Origin: Lytechinus pictus
Lineage: Eukaryota
DNA length: 64,000 bases
Reading direction: 5' to 3'
Assembly: GCF_037042905.1 (NCBI RefSeq)
Contig: NC_087263.1
Coordinates: 11,906,001 to 11,970,000 of the forward strand
This document shows, piece by piece, positions 1 to 13,500 of this stretch. The position numbers and the translations under genes are program-made. Within the stretch, counting starts at the first letter, position 1; each line of letters starts with the position of its first letter. A model generated the notes under the pieces. That model searched no databases, was not told where the DNA came from, and was given only the letters and a program-made list of their open reading frames with translations.

Positions 1-2806
1 AAATACTACGTTGGTTGGTCCCCGGAAGTGGCGGGCGGAATTTAGCCCGAATCCTCGATGGAAGTCGATCAAGTGCATATGAGCTGAGAGAGTGAAATAT
101 CAGTGTACTTGTACAGGCCCTTCTACTTTTTATAAATATTTCTTGTTGCTTTTTTTGTTAAGTTAATTTTTCCTGGTGTAGAGATAAGTTTCAGTTCTAA
201 TAATGCACTTCAAATACATTTTGGAGTGTCTGTTTGAGGCGTTTGGGGCGATTTCACCCTGGCCCCAAAATGCTCGCAACGACAATACGGGGGCATGATG
301 ACCCCTAAATTTTTAAAAACTTATTTTTCTATTGAAAATTATCACAAAATTCACCAAAAGTGTGCACGAAAGCCTTCGTATTTCACTTTTAAAACTCCGA
401 AAAGTGCCCAAATGACAAGCTTGGTCGCTTCGCTGTGTCGCTTTCAACTTGAGAACGTTTACACGTCTGCTCCCCCCCCCCCCTCCTCCGAAAGAAATTC
501 TGTATACGGCCATGCTCTAAAGAGCCTGGCACATTGATTTATGTATACTTTCATTTTCATTATTTTTATCTCATTATCAACATGGCCTTACGCAGAATTT
601 TTTCCAGGGGGGCCGGGGCCGGAGCATGACGCGCGTAAACTTTCTCATAAAAATCTTGAGAAAGCGAAGCGACCAAGCTTGTCATTTGAGCTTGGTCGCG
701 TCGCTGTCTCGCTTTCAAGATTTTTTTGAGAAACTTTACGCGCGTCCTAGCTGCCCCCCCCCCCCCCCCCCCGGTAAAAATTCTGTGTAAGGCCATGATG
801 ATAATGTGATAAAAATAATGAAAATGAAAAGTACATATAAATCAATGTGCCATATGCTCTTTTGAGCATGGCTGTTCACAGAATTTCTTTCGGGGGGTGG
901 GGGCAGACGCGTGTAAACGTTCTCAAGTTGAAAGCGAGACAGCGAAGCGACAAAGCTTGTCATTTGGGCTTGGTCCCGTGGCTGTCTCGCTTTCAAGATT
1001 TTTTTGAGAAAGTTTACGCGCGTCATGCTCCGGCCCCGGCCCCCCTGGAAAAAATTCTGTGTAAGGCCATGTTGATAATGAGATAAAAATAATGAAAATG
1101 AAAGTATACATAAATCAATGTGCCAGGCTCTTTAGAGCATGGCCGTATACAGAATTTCTTTCGGAGGAGGGGGGGGGGGAGCAGACGCGTAAACGTTCTC
1201 AAGTTGAAAGCGACACAGCGAAGCGACCAAGCTTGTCATTTGGGCACTTTTCGGAGTTTTAAAAGTGAAATACGAAGGCTTTCGTGCACACTTTTGGTGA
1301 ATTTTGTGATAATTTTCAATAGAAAAATAAGTTTTTAAAAATTTAGGGGTCATCATGCCCCCGTATTGTCGTTGCGAGCATTTTGGGGCCAGGGTGAAAT
1401 CGCCCCAAATGCCTCAAACAGACACTCCAAAATGTATTTGAAGTGCATTATTAGAACTGAAACTTATCTCTACACCAGGAAAAATTAACTTAACAAAAAA
1501 AGCAACAAGAAATATTTATAAAAAGTAGAAGGGCCTGTACAAGTACACTGATATTTCACTCTCTCAGCTCATATGCACTTGATCGACTTCCATCGAGGAT
1601 TCGGGCTAAATTCCGCCCGCCACTTCCGGGGACCAACCAACGTAGTATTTCGATGAAGAGCACTCCGTCGATTCACCGGTTGTCCCTACCGTACACGCGC
1701 GCCTATGGGGATTGTGAACTGTAGGAAAAATCGTATAAAATTACACTTTTTGATATTTCTACGAAGACGAAGTTATATAGAAAATGAAGAATATTACAAT
1801 CAGACCATATCCCTAGAAAATTGCTTCAAGAAATGTCATTATGAAGAGGAAATGGACAAAAATTTGTGAAGAAAAATCACGAAAAAGGAAATCGCATCAT
1901 GAATATTCATATAATGGGCGGTCCCACATTTGCATGTTATAGCGAGTTTTCCATTATTTAATAAATAATGGCATTATTTAATAAATAATGGCATTATTTA
2001 ATAAATAATGGCATTATTTAATAAATAATGGTTATTTGTATATAAATAATGATTATTTGTATATAATGGCAAACTGTAAAAATTGTTTATAAATAATGAT
2101 TATTTATAAATAATGGGATATTGAAACAAAATTATTATTTATAAATAATGAAGTAGATATTTCATTATTTAACAAATAATCTTTATTTATAAATAATGGA
2201 AAACTCGAACATTAAATAATGATTATTTATAAATAATGAGAATAATGGTGCACTCGAAAAAATTATTTATAAATAATGAAGTAGACGTTTTCATTATTTA
2301 ACAAATAATCATTATTTATAAATAATGGAAAACTCAACAAATTATTTATAAATAATGAAAAACAAATAATCATTATTTATAAATAATGAAAAACAAATAA
2401 TCATTATTTGTAAATAATGAAAAACAAATAATCATTATTTATAAATAATGAAAAACAAATAATCATTATTTATAAATAATGAAAAACAAATAATCATTAT
2501 TTATAAATAATGAAAAACAAATAATCATTATTTATAAATAATGAAAAACAAATAATCATTATTTATAAATAATGAAAAACAAATAATCATTATTTATAAA
2601 TAATGGAATGTCGAACTATTATTATTTACAAATAATGAAGTATTACTTGGAATTATATATAAATAATTAGAAATGATATTTTATATAATAGTAGTTATTT
2701 ACAAATAAAATGTAAATTATATATAAATAATAGTTATTATTTAATAAATAATGATTATATAACAAATAATTGTTCTATATAATAATGGTACATTCGGCGC
2801 CTCATA
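1..2806. mobile_element. Giant foldback (long inverted-repeat) element, TU-element-like; left end lies outside the window
   Basis: Bases 1-~660 are the near-perfect reverse complement of ~990-1650 (aaatactacgttgg... at 1 vs ...ccaacgtagtattt ending at 1650). The centre is made of ~290-bp direct subrepeats. Next come a non-repetitive segment (1650-1950), AT-rich tandem repeats (1950-2790) and an abrupt junction at 2806/2807 into a 5'-truncated MITE. Confidence 0.7.
1950..2790. repeat. AT-rich minisatellite built on the palindrome cattatttataaataatg (20-bp and 30-bp units)
   Basis: cattatttaataaataatgg repeats about 4 times at 1952-2030. aataatcattatttataaataatgaaaaaca repeats about 8 times at ~2350-2605. 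Degenerate copies lie on both sides. Confidence 0.95.
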
Positions 2807-3042
2807 TGTTTTACAGTGTGGAACACAATGTGAAATCACCTTCTGATAAATTTGTGCATTTTAACAGTGTAAATCACATGTTCACATAGTCCACTATATG
2901 AACACACTGTGAACAGTCACACTGTCAAAGTGTCCGCAGTGTGAGCATATCTTACACTTTGAGCATTTTAACAGTGTAAATAATATTTTCACATGAGTCC
3001 ACTATGTGATCACACTGTGAGACACTGTTCTTTCCAGCAGGG
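2807..3042 (-). mobile_element. MITE lacking about 35 bp at one end (same family as 27205-27493)
   Basis: Reverse-complement similarity to 27205-27493. It ends in gttctttccagcaggg, like the TIR of that copy, but the other TIR is missing at the foldback junction. Confidence 0.75.
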
Positions 3043-3053
3043 TAGCATCAACA

Positions 3054-3458
3054 GGGCCCCGTCTCACAAACAGTTGTGATTGATCCAATCAATCGCAACT
3101 ATGAAAAGCCAGTAAAGTCAACATATAAAATGCATGTTTTGCATAACTCTAGATATGAATGTATATCCATAAATTCATTGATTTCTTGACAATGTGGTGT
3201 GATCGCCTTTGTTTGCAAAGGACATTTTGCTAATTTCCTGTAGACACTGATGGATTTCCATAGAGTTACGATTGATTGGATCAATCGTAACTTTTTGTAA
3301 GACGGGGTCCTGGGGCCCGTTGCAGAAAGAGTTGCAATCAATCGCAACTCCAAAAATCATGCGCAACTTGATTTTCAACCAATCAACAGCGCGCATTTTT
3401 CACTTGCGATTGATTTTTTGACTTGCGTTTAAACGCAACTCTTTCTGCAACGGGCCCC
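3054..3458. mobile_element. Two abutting Harbinger-type MITEs (3054-3310 and 3312-3458)
   Basis: TIRs are ggccccgtc...gacggggtcc and ggggcccgttgcagaaagagttgc...gcaactctttctgcaacgggcccc, with cag/ctg flanks. A relative of the first lies at ~16382-16653. Confidence 0.75.
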
Positions 3459-3546
3459 TGGAGTAACTATATTCCACTCCATGCACAGCGGTTAACTCTA
3501 CAGTTTTTGCAGTGTGTACATATATGATATATTCTTTTCATTGCAG

Positions 3547-6500
3547 GTAGTTCATTATCATTCCGGAGGATACTACCACGCACATTACGATAGCAATAAG
3601 ATAGATGAGAAAATAGAATGTGCCCACATCACTCAGGGTGAAAATCAAAAAAGAATGTGCAGGTATTTACATGGTATTTTAATGCCACTCATCTGTGTAT
3701 TCACCATTTTCATTTCATTTTTGTGGGTTTTTTTTATCAGTATAGGGCAGTTTTCATTATCTTATCATCTAATATTTAATGAAAAGAGCACTGGATTTGC
3801 ACAGAAGTAATCACACCTTATCATGTGTTTAGATGGAAAGGAAATCCTTTTGGAGATACCGTCTATCCATTTATTCTATCAATCAAAAGGTGTTTTATTT
3901 CGTGATTATTCGATCACTCTTGAACTGTTAATAACACTCTACAACGACTGAGCTGTAACGTGTGGCGTGACATGACAGTATCATTTTTTTTCTCTACTCT
4001 TCTTTTCAGATTCATGACAATTCTGTATTATCTACAAGACACTGAAGGCGGAGGTGAAACAGCGTTCCCTTTGGCCGAGTTTGAGAACATATCTAAGGAA
4101 GTAAATTAATCCGAAATCTTTTCTCGTCTGTTTATTGTTATCTCCATAATAGTGTATCTTGTATTTGTAGTTGGGAGAGAGTGAGGCAGAACAGCAGATC
4201 TTTGGAATAAATTAGACATGTTGTCGATTATCTATAGCCTATTGATCTGCCTCACCCCCCCCCCCCCCCCAATTATTCTTATAACTTGAATGATTCATAA
4301 TATGCAATACAAAGATATATTTCATAAATCATTATTGGACAGCATTTTCAAACATTAAACCTGGCATAAATATACCATACAACATACAAAATGTTTCGGC
4401 GCGTTTCGCGCGCAAATATTTTAGACATTTTTTTTTCTTCAACTTTTGCGCCCCAACCCCCTCCAATCCCATAAATGGATCGACGCAACTGCACAGAGGC
4501 TACCTCCCCAATTGATCGCAGCTGTACAAATTTCTTCATTATATCCTGTTCCCAAGGGAACAAGATAAATATTCATACTAAATTCGGTTTTATTCAACAA
4601 TTCTCATCAAAAAGTCCGAAGCCTAGACTAACAATGTGAGTTTACAATAAAAAATACATAACAGAGAAAATAAATAAATACATAACATGCAGTGACCATT
4701 AAAGAAGAAACAATATATTATGTTTAAAATGCATTAATAGTATAACAAGAAATTGAATGATTTAATTTATATATTAAAAAAAACGCAGGTGAGGAGAAAG
4801 AAAGGGGGCAAGCATGGCAAAAGTAAGCATGTGCAAAGGTGACAATAGAGAGGGGGATGTAGCAAAAATAAAGGAAAGAGGGGAAAAACAGAGAAGCAAG
4901 TGACATGATGGCGATCATAATAAACGAGTGGGAAAGAGCAAAAGGGAGATAGAGAGGAGGGAGAAAGACAGAAAGAGAGAAATAGAAAGGTCAGACAGAA
5001 TCTGAAAGAAGGACATCATATCTAATCATAAGTTACATAAGTAAACAAGATAGAGAAATGATAATTCTTATGATCACAAAAAACAACGTTCTAAGGAGAA
5101 TCCATCTCAGGTCAAAGGTCATGTGAAAAGAACAGGAAATGCAAGGAATGGGTGAAAGTTTGAAACCAATCGGACTGAAATGAAGTATAACGGAGTTTGG
5201 TCACTCTTACAGGGTCTTCTGAATTAATGGATAAGGTAACGTAAATCCGATATCTAATTTAATTTCAAATGTCTTTTTCATTGCTAGTATTTAACCCAGA
5301 AGAACTTGGGCTATGACTACGGTGACTTAAACACCAACTGTTATAAGAATCTCCACGTAAAACCAGAATACGGAAAAGCGATCATGTGGTATAACCATCA
5401 TATCGATGAAGAAACAGGTTTGCATACTTCACCCTATATTGCATTTGTAAACAAATTATACAGATCATTAAGAACATCAGGAATTATTATTATTATCATC
5501 GTTATTATTATTACCACGACCACTACTATTATTATTAATATCATTCGTGTTATTATTCTCATTATTATATTATTATAATTATTGTTATTATCCTCATCAT
5601 CATTATTAAAATTATTATTATTGATATTATATCTATTGTTGTTGTTGTTGAAATTATTATCATCATTTTAATCAGTATTATTGTTATCATTTTTATTATT
5701 ATTTATTTTTATTATTATCATTATCACACGGCCGGGGCGTAGCCGAGGACGTTTTTAACTGTTTGCATAACGATTCCCGAATAGTATTCATGGTATTAGG
5801 CCCATGTTATTTTCTTAAAATGGAATTATGACATCTTTAGTGTATATCACCTTTTCACATGAAAAACGAGATTTTTTTGTTCATACGTTATCTATAAAAT
5901 TGATTTGAGGGGGATCCTGAAAGTCCCGGGCGAGTGAGGCGAGCGAATATAGCCATGCATGCTTAAAATGAAAATCTAATTTGGTGATAGATTTTGACAT
6001 AATATTTTGAAAATAACCTCACGTCTTACCCCTGTTCTGTTCTTTTCTTTCCCCCCCCCCTCGTAATTTTCCTTGGTCCAGGAAATTCGGGGGCGCCAAA
6101 ATCTCCCATCTCGGTCCCATTTCATAAAAAGCTGTATGATAGCAATAGACCAATTCGTAGTTACTCATGGACAATTTTCGGTCAAATGACCTTTCATTTC
6201 TTTCATTATGATAGGCAGATTTCAAAGCAAAATATTACGTAAGCTTGCCTTACATAGCAGGATGAAGAAATTGAATAGACCAGGTGACTAGAATAGCACA
6301 CCAATGAACACTTTATGAAGGTATTTGTTGCATTCCTTCTTTGAATGCATATCATAGCATGTTGCACAATGTACTTGGCAAACTGTGAAAACCAGTCGTT
6401 CGTGGACGCGTTGTTGTTTTTCGTGGATGTAAATGAAAACCACAATTCAAAAGAATATATGAATAATCAAGACATCAAAGTTGGTGCTTATCTCATTAGA

Positions 6501-8926
6501 TTTTAAACCACCATGTCACTTTAGTACAAATGACCTTCCTCTGATCATGCGTATAATCTTTTGATCATGCGCAGAAAGGAACTACGAACTGGCTTATTCT
6601 TGCTTGAATGACAACAGTGAAAATTCCGATTCTTGATTGGCTCTTTCGATGAAAGTTGATATTCCAGCAAAAGTTGCTATCATAATTATTCATAGAAATT
6701 GTTCTATGAAATGGGACCTTGTACTTCTGTTATCCACGACTTCTCTCGTTTCCTTTCTCTTTTTTGTTGTTTTTACTCTTGATTTCTTCACTTAACTAAT
6801 AAATTAGAAAGTCAAGAAAGCGAGATAAACTGCTAAATCATCACATATTCTGACACTTTTTTGCCTGATTGATTTTTTATAATGTCTGTTGCAGGTTGGC
6901 TATCGTCTCGAAATAATTACTCTTTACACGGTGGATGTGCTGTTACAAAGGGAACGAAATGGATTGCAAATAATTGGATTACTGTCGATAATGCGTATGA
7001 AAGGTATTGACTTATTAATAAGGATATCATATGTTTAATATCTATGTGTCGTATGTGTTGGATTATCATTAAAAACGCAAATGACGTGAATTGATGGGCA
7101 TTTTGTAGTTACATTATTCTTAAATAACTAAATTATCAGGGAAGTATTAATACTCAGTATTCCTTGGCATGACTAGTTTGTCTAAGGTCAACAGTTATTT
7201 ATCAGTTATTGAACATGTTGAAATAGCTTGTCCCATTTGAGTAGGCTAATCTGTATAACCTTGTCATCATATAATTGCTCTTTTCTGTTACTAATGATAA
7301 TATATATATATATACTTATTGTTGCGCATAGCAGATAACAGTAGTGCTACAACTAACTCTACGCTTATCACCCTGGCTTTAGACCTGGAAGCCTTTACGA
7401 TCCGCAAGCACTTCAAATAAATTCCTGCCCGGTTGCAATTTCCCGCACCTGGGTTGAGTGAAGCACAATGTGGACCAATATCTTGCCGTAGGAAATCACG
7501 ACGTGGCTGGGACTCGAACCCACCACCCTTTTCCAAACCCTATTTGAAAGACTAATCCTCTTGGTCACGATAGGCGGTGCTGCACCATCCCGAGTTTGCT
7601 CAATCTCGAGATTTTAGCCCGATCAGCCCTCTTCGCGATTAATCTCGAGATTCAAGAAACCCCGTCTGCACCATCCCACGAGGAGCTATATCTGCTCGAG
7701 CGAGGCAACAAGCCCGATATTCCGGGCATGCGCACTTTCGGATCTTGGAGTTTCAACGGCCCGCGCTTTTGAATAACTTCCCGCGATATGCAAGCAATGA
7801 ACTCCTTTCACTAGTACTTTCGCCGAATTCAACCGGTGTTATGCAACAATCCTTTCAGCTCAGCGAGTGAAGAAGTGATGTATTCTTCGTGAAATATGAT
7901 GGCGGAGTAGGAGGCAACGACAGAGAGAGAGAGAGGGAGAAGGAGGAAAGAAATGCTATTTGCTCACATTTTGCGAAGGAATAAGACAACACTGCTGTCA
8001 GTGTTGTTATTGAATATGACCATCGTCGATGCGATGAGCGCCTCCCCCTTCGGTCTGGTCTCTCCCGGGGTCTCTCCCAAAATCCATTCACTGGTGGGGA
8101 CACCATCGTTGCTTATGAACGCTATTCGCATGTATAAAGTTGACTTTCGCACGTGTTTATGTTTTGACCAAGGCGGAAGTGGAACAACGCGAATTGCATT
8201 ATGGACTAACGTCATGAATAAATTACCCCGAGTCCAATCTCGAGTGCGTCTGCACCGACGAATTAGCGGGATAATTCGTAAAATAGCGCGCTATTTTGCA
8301 AATAAACCCGAGTTGACTTGGGATTGCAATCTCGAGATTAATCCTACGAACTAGCGCGATAATTGCGTCTGCACCGCCAACTATCTCGAGATTTTTCAGA
8401 TCGGGATAATTTGCCGGATCAGAAATAGCGCGCTAATTTGAAACTTCGGGATGGTGCAGACGGCCCTCATGCTCCACATGGCCACCAGCCTAATCCACTT
8501 GGCCAGGCGTAAATATTCACATCTGGATGGTACGCGCGTTAAAACCTAGTCTGAATTGCAGCCTACTCATGCCTTGTGTACTGAAGGCCCTCCAGCAAGT
8601 ATTGTATGTGCTAGTCTTGTGTATGTGCCTGCAGACTAGTTACAACCCAAGATAGTATAACAACAAAGGTGTTCCGCGTATTTTATAGTCGAGATTAGCT
8701 TCAACAATATTCTGTGTAACTCATTTATCTTTCTTCTTTAATTGCCAGGCAAATGGAATTCCAGGCACGTGTATTGCAACCAAAGAAAGATGGATCAGTG
8801 AAATCAGAAAACGACCACGCCTCTAATCGGGCAAACGAAAATGTTATCTCTCCCAAACTACGAAGCACGCCCTCAAGCGACAAGGTCGAGAGCGATACTC
8901 TTTCTGAGGGACACACTGAATTGTAA
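3547..8926 (+). CDS. P4HTM: Transmembrane prolyl 4-hydroxylase-like 2OG-Fe(II) dioxygenase, last five coding exons (5' exons outside window)
   Basis: Exons 3547-3662, 4010-4100, 5288-5417, 6895-7003 and 8749-8926 all have ag/gt boundaries and compatible phases. The product reads [16 protein letters not shown]...[21 protein letters not shown]...[14 protein letters not shown]...[20 protein letters not shown]...GHTEL*. It carries the HxD...H iron ligands, the 2OG-binding Lys and a KDEL-like C-terminus. Confidence 0.92.
5480..5725. repeat. Degenerate (ATT)n microsatellite
   Basis: attattatt/atc/gtt runs in the P4HTM intron; similar tracts at ~11280-11410 and ~59290-59420. Confidence 0.9.
6113..6718. 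mobile_element. MITE (TIR ggtcccatttcata) carrying a nested ISL2EU-like element
   Basis: ggtcccatttcata at 6113 pairs with tatgaaatgggacc ending at 6718. Confidence 0.7.
6147..6595. mobile_element. Intact non-autonomous DNA transposon with AT flanks (ISL2EU-like)
   Basis: at|agaccaattcgtagtt ... aactacgaactggctt|at. A near-identical reverse-complement copy lies at 48874-53914 (split), and a related copy at 60706-61095. Confidence 0.75.
7315..7570 (-). mobile_element. tRNA-derived SINE
   Basis: The minus strand has B-box gggttcgagtccc, an A-box-like tcgtgaccaagagg, and the core cacattgtgcttcactcaacccaggtg shared with other SINEs in the window. Confidence 0.75.
7573..8466. mobile_element. Non-autonomous TIR element, PIF/Harbinger-like
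   Basis: Ends are ggcggtgctgcaccatcccgag and ttcgggatggtgcagacggccc. Subterminal ctgcacc and tctcgaga motifs repeat. It forms a GC-rich island in an AT-rich intron. Confidence 0.65.
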
Positions 8927-10568
8927 TGCATTCCTTTAATCATGTACGTTTTACTTTATCATGAAGCATTAGTGTGACCAAATTTAGGTTCTGGTTCACT
9001 CTCTTTACAGTAGTCTTCAGGGGCCGCGGGACGGTTTTGAAAGTGGGGGGGGGGGGGCTGAGCCAAAAAGTGGCGGGGCTGACCATGCAAAAAATCAGTC
9101 AGATGGTAATTTTTACGTTTTTGTACACGGTTTGGGAAAAAGGAGGATGCTGAACCCCATCCAACCCCCCCCCCCCCATTTCCGCGGCCTCTGGTCTCGT
9201 CTTTATTTAAGAAACCTTTTGTTCTTTTAAATTTTAAGTTGACGTTGTATTGTCTTTTTCTGAATGAATATTATTGCAGTGTGGTGTGGTGACTTTTTTT
9301 TCAATTGTTGAAATCATTTACAAGCAGATCATTTTAAGACTGATTTTCTGTAGGCAATCAATGCCCAGGTACACGCCGGATGGCAATGGGATTGTAGTTC
9401 ATGCTATAGGAGAATCTAGTATTGTAGGAGAAACGCTTTATGGTCTCAAAAAATTAAATTTGTAATATTTACATTGACCGAGATAGATGAATTTTGTTAC
9501 ATTGGAGTTTTGATACCTAAGAAAAATGGGAACCTTGGTAGAAAATAGGAAGCTGGTGATTACGACGAAGGTCTGGATGGAAATGATGTTCTGTCTCGTA
9601 TTCGTAAGACACTTGTACATTCAATAAATACAGAATTTATTACTCCTTCCCAAATCATTTAACGCATTTAAATCGATTTGATTTTATTCTCTTTTTAATT
9701 CTTATTCAAGTATAATGTCAATATAAATTCACGGTGAAAACCAAACTACTTCTTATCCTTTTTTTTATTTCATTAGTACACCTCATAACACCACAATACT
9801 ATGTAATACTGAGATGTTAAAAAAAGTACGTCAATTGGTGTCTCGAGAGCAATAGGAGATTGAACATGGCACCACGAGGAGTTTACGAGATTGTTTGCCT
9901 CAGGTTGCCACATTTTGCACCAATGCATCCATCGTGGGAAACTTTAAAGCATCAATTTATACACAGCAAACATGTGGTTATAACTGATTTACACGGACAA
10001 CACTACTGTAGTATTAAATTTACAGTGTTAATTCGACTCCTATTGGTGTTTTTACAGCACCTTTGGTCGTGGCTTTAGCAGCGTGTAGTGTTTTGCTCAA
10101 AATCTAAGGTGTAAAGTTAACACCTCGGGGTATGGCCCTCAGGGGACACCAACTGGTGTCAGTTTTAACACCCAATCATTTCAGTGTAGTTACCCGATTA
10201 AACGCACTAATTAAGTTGAAAACAAAACACGTACGCCATACACAGGTATACATGTTTATGATAGAAATCGAGGAAATCTTTTTTATATACAACTTATTGC
10301 ACGTCACTATGTAAGCGAGGACTTGTGTGTAAGTAGGAATCCCGTGGGTGAAAAGAAAATTGTACAATTGAGGACATCTATTCTATACGGGTAATTATAC
10401 CTCTATATAAAATAGGACGTACTTCGGGACCGTATAGTTGCATTGTCTTTGTACCGAAGACGTCCTCGGATTAATGTGTGATGTCCTCGTTTTCCAACAA
10501 AGGTATGTGCTTACGCACATCTATTCGGCATGTAGTAGAAAGAGAGATAAGAGGGGGTATATTATTAC

Positions 10569-13500
10569 CTCTAGCGATGCACGCACCAACGGTTTTCCAA
10601 GACCTTTCCCTGTAAATAATGTTAAGAATAAATTGTTCATTACAAGGGAGTACTATCCACAGTACGGCAATAGAATTATCATGAAGTAAAAACCCATGTA
10701 CCCTGCCTCCTTAATACTCAGTTTTCCCCTATTTCCTATTTTTTGTTTTTACTGTATTCGCAGTTTTTTAAGGGATAAATATGACAATTTATTCACTGAA
10801 AACTTTTAACATATTTTTCGTTACTCTTAGATGAGAACGACGTCTTTGCGACAAAACAGTTTTCTACCCCTCCTCTTCTGTAAATTCCTTGATCCGTACC
10901 GGACAGGGTGTAAAACATTCGCACCAAAGATAATCTACCCAAGCTGTAACAGATTTCTTGTCAGGGGGGGGGGCTAAAAGACATTTCTATTTGAAATCTA
11001 GTCAGAAGAACTGATTTATTTCTTTATGGCCACAATTTTATTCATCTTCAATAGAAACTAGTAATTTTTCTTCAAAAGAATTGCTACCAAATGTTTCGCT
11101 GATAAAGTATTGACTAAAATCTTATCAAATTCATTTCAGAGTTTAAATTTGGAAATTGTTAGCAACTATCGGAATATGAGACAATGACAAGAGGGATAAG
11201 AGCTAAATTTATTACAGCTTGACGTCGCGATAAATGACTGCGAGTCTGCGACGTAATACTGAACATGCCCCCCCAATAAAAATAATAATAGTAATTATAA
11301 TAATTATAATCATTATTATTATAAAATAAATAAATAAATGAATAAAATAAAATAAAATAAATGAATGATAAATAATTGTAATAAATAATTCAATTAATTA
11401 ATAAAAAAAGTAAAATATTTTCAAAAATGATTTTAAAAAATTGGGCTTGTGGTTCAATATCAAAAATTGCTTCGACTAGAGGGGAATGTCAGAGATATAG
11501 AAGGTCGAATACCAGAGGTTCACCTGCAGATGTATATACCTGTGTGTTGGGGTGATATATACAACCCTTGCAGCCAGTATGTGTCTCCTCTCAGGGTATG
11601 GTACATCTTGGTATACAGTATACAGCCGACGATGTCGGGACGGACTTCATTCTCCTCGTCATCGACGCGACGTCGATGTTCTACGACTATTGCACCATAT
11701 GGGGGATCGTCCAGTCCTCCATCATGCGAGAATACTGAAAGTTGGATTTTAGGAAGTATCATGTTTTGATGGACGTGGGGATGCTGTGTACGGGGTTACA
11801 CATTTGGCAGCATCCTTTAAATCATGGTTGTATGCTAAAATGTACACTGTTAGAAAATTTATAAAATAAAAGAAGTTCCTGCAGCAGTCTCGAGAACACC
11901 TGTAATCTAACCAGATTGCGTAATCTTACAGGAAATTGGTATTTGGTGTATAGAACCTTACAAATTTCCCTTAATAAAACACCTTTTTCCCCTATTTAAA
12001 CAGACCTGTTCTGTTAAATTGTATAAAAATTCCTGTTTTATGAATTTAAAGAATGATTATGTTATTGCTTTCTGCAAAATCTTCTCTTTGTTCTGTAAAA
12101 TCAGGTTTTTTTAACAGTGTAGAGATTTGGCCTACATCCCCTTCGTTTTGTGTCAATTTTTTTCTGAGTAAAATCACCTATATTTTTATATATTAAAACC
12201 ATTTTTTTCTGCTTGGCAATTTTTTTAAAATCAAAATCACATACATTCTGGAGTTAAACTATTTGGGGGACAGGGGTTGCTTGTTTACAAATCCAGAGCC
12301 CCTCTTTAAAAATACTTCCCAGGCCACTGAGAAAAAAAGCTACATAAAATATTTTACTTGATTCCCCACAAAATATATCACATTACTCTTGACGTATTCT
12401 TGAAAGAAACAGTAGGCCTAATGACAAATGTTGATTTAGTTAAAATTAATTCGTAAATCCAAATAGTCTAGTGTATAACAAATATCTGGGTTCATGTTGC
12501 GTATTGAAATATGAACTATGTAGATTGCGGTAGACCTTCATAATGAGAAATCGCAAACATTGTAGATGAGAAATGATCAAAATAATTGTTGGTTTGTGGT
12601 TGATTTTAAAATCAAACAAAATCTCAAAACATGTCATCATAATCAGCCCTGGAGAGTGGGCGGGATCACACATTTAGAATGCGTTATCAAAATTCTTCTA
12701 TAAATAACCTTTTCGTGACATTTAGTTTTACTCCTGCAGATATTTCGTTCTATCGATCACAATTCTTTGTAACACATGATAAAACAGGGTACAAAAACAT
12801 TAAATGATAATCACGGACTGTGTGAGCACTTATATGTATTTTCCGATTATTAGAGAATTAAATGTTATTTTATTTTGTTTACATAGGGGATTACAGTACT
12901 ATGTTCATGGTTTGGCATAATGTTACAGTATGATTACCTTCTTTGGTAAAGTTTGCAGGTCGATGCTCCTCTATTTTCTCAAACTTCATCAGCTCATTGC
13001 ATAAATCATAAACATCGTCAAGATCTTTAAAACTTCCCTCTCGGACCACATAATCATCATTCTGAAAAAATAGTACAAATAGTCAAAGAAAGAGATGGGA
13101 ACATACGCGGAAGAGAGAGAGAGAGAAATACATTAATTGATTTTATTGAGAATGTATGAAAAAAGCAAATTCAAATGAAATAGGGATGGGGGAGAAGAGG
13201 GCCAGAAAAGAGAAAAAAAAATAAAGCAGATGTGCATAAGCGGGAAGCGATATTACTTCATGAAAAAATAAATGAAGGCAAAAGGCGTGAAAGAGAGGTT
13301 ACTTAGAAACACACTGTATACCGGAATTCGTCGTAAATGAGGTGTCCCACAAGGTTCCCTCATGGGACCCTTTTCATACAACTTGCAAACATGTTTTTGA
13401 CAACTTAAATTCTCATTTCATTTCAAGGTCAAAAAGATACATTATTAGATGAGGATCAAGTAAATGCATTTTGTCTGATGTGCGAAAGGAAATACATTTG

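Noticed and set aside
295..1356. Mirror-image ORFs on both strands
   Set aside because: By-products of the palindrome; no domain motifs or splice support.
7855..8354. ORFs inside the Harbinger-like element
   Set aside because: No recognisable DDE or Myb/SANT motifs; short and overlapping on both strands.
9840..9950. Possible exon 8 of GNAT copy A
   Set aside because: The phase 0 frame after the only plausible acceptor stops within about 14 codons and does not resemble copy B exon 8.
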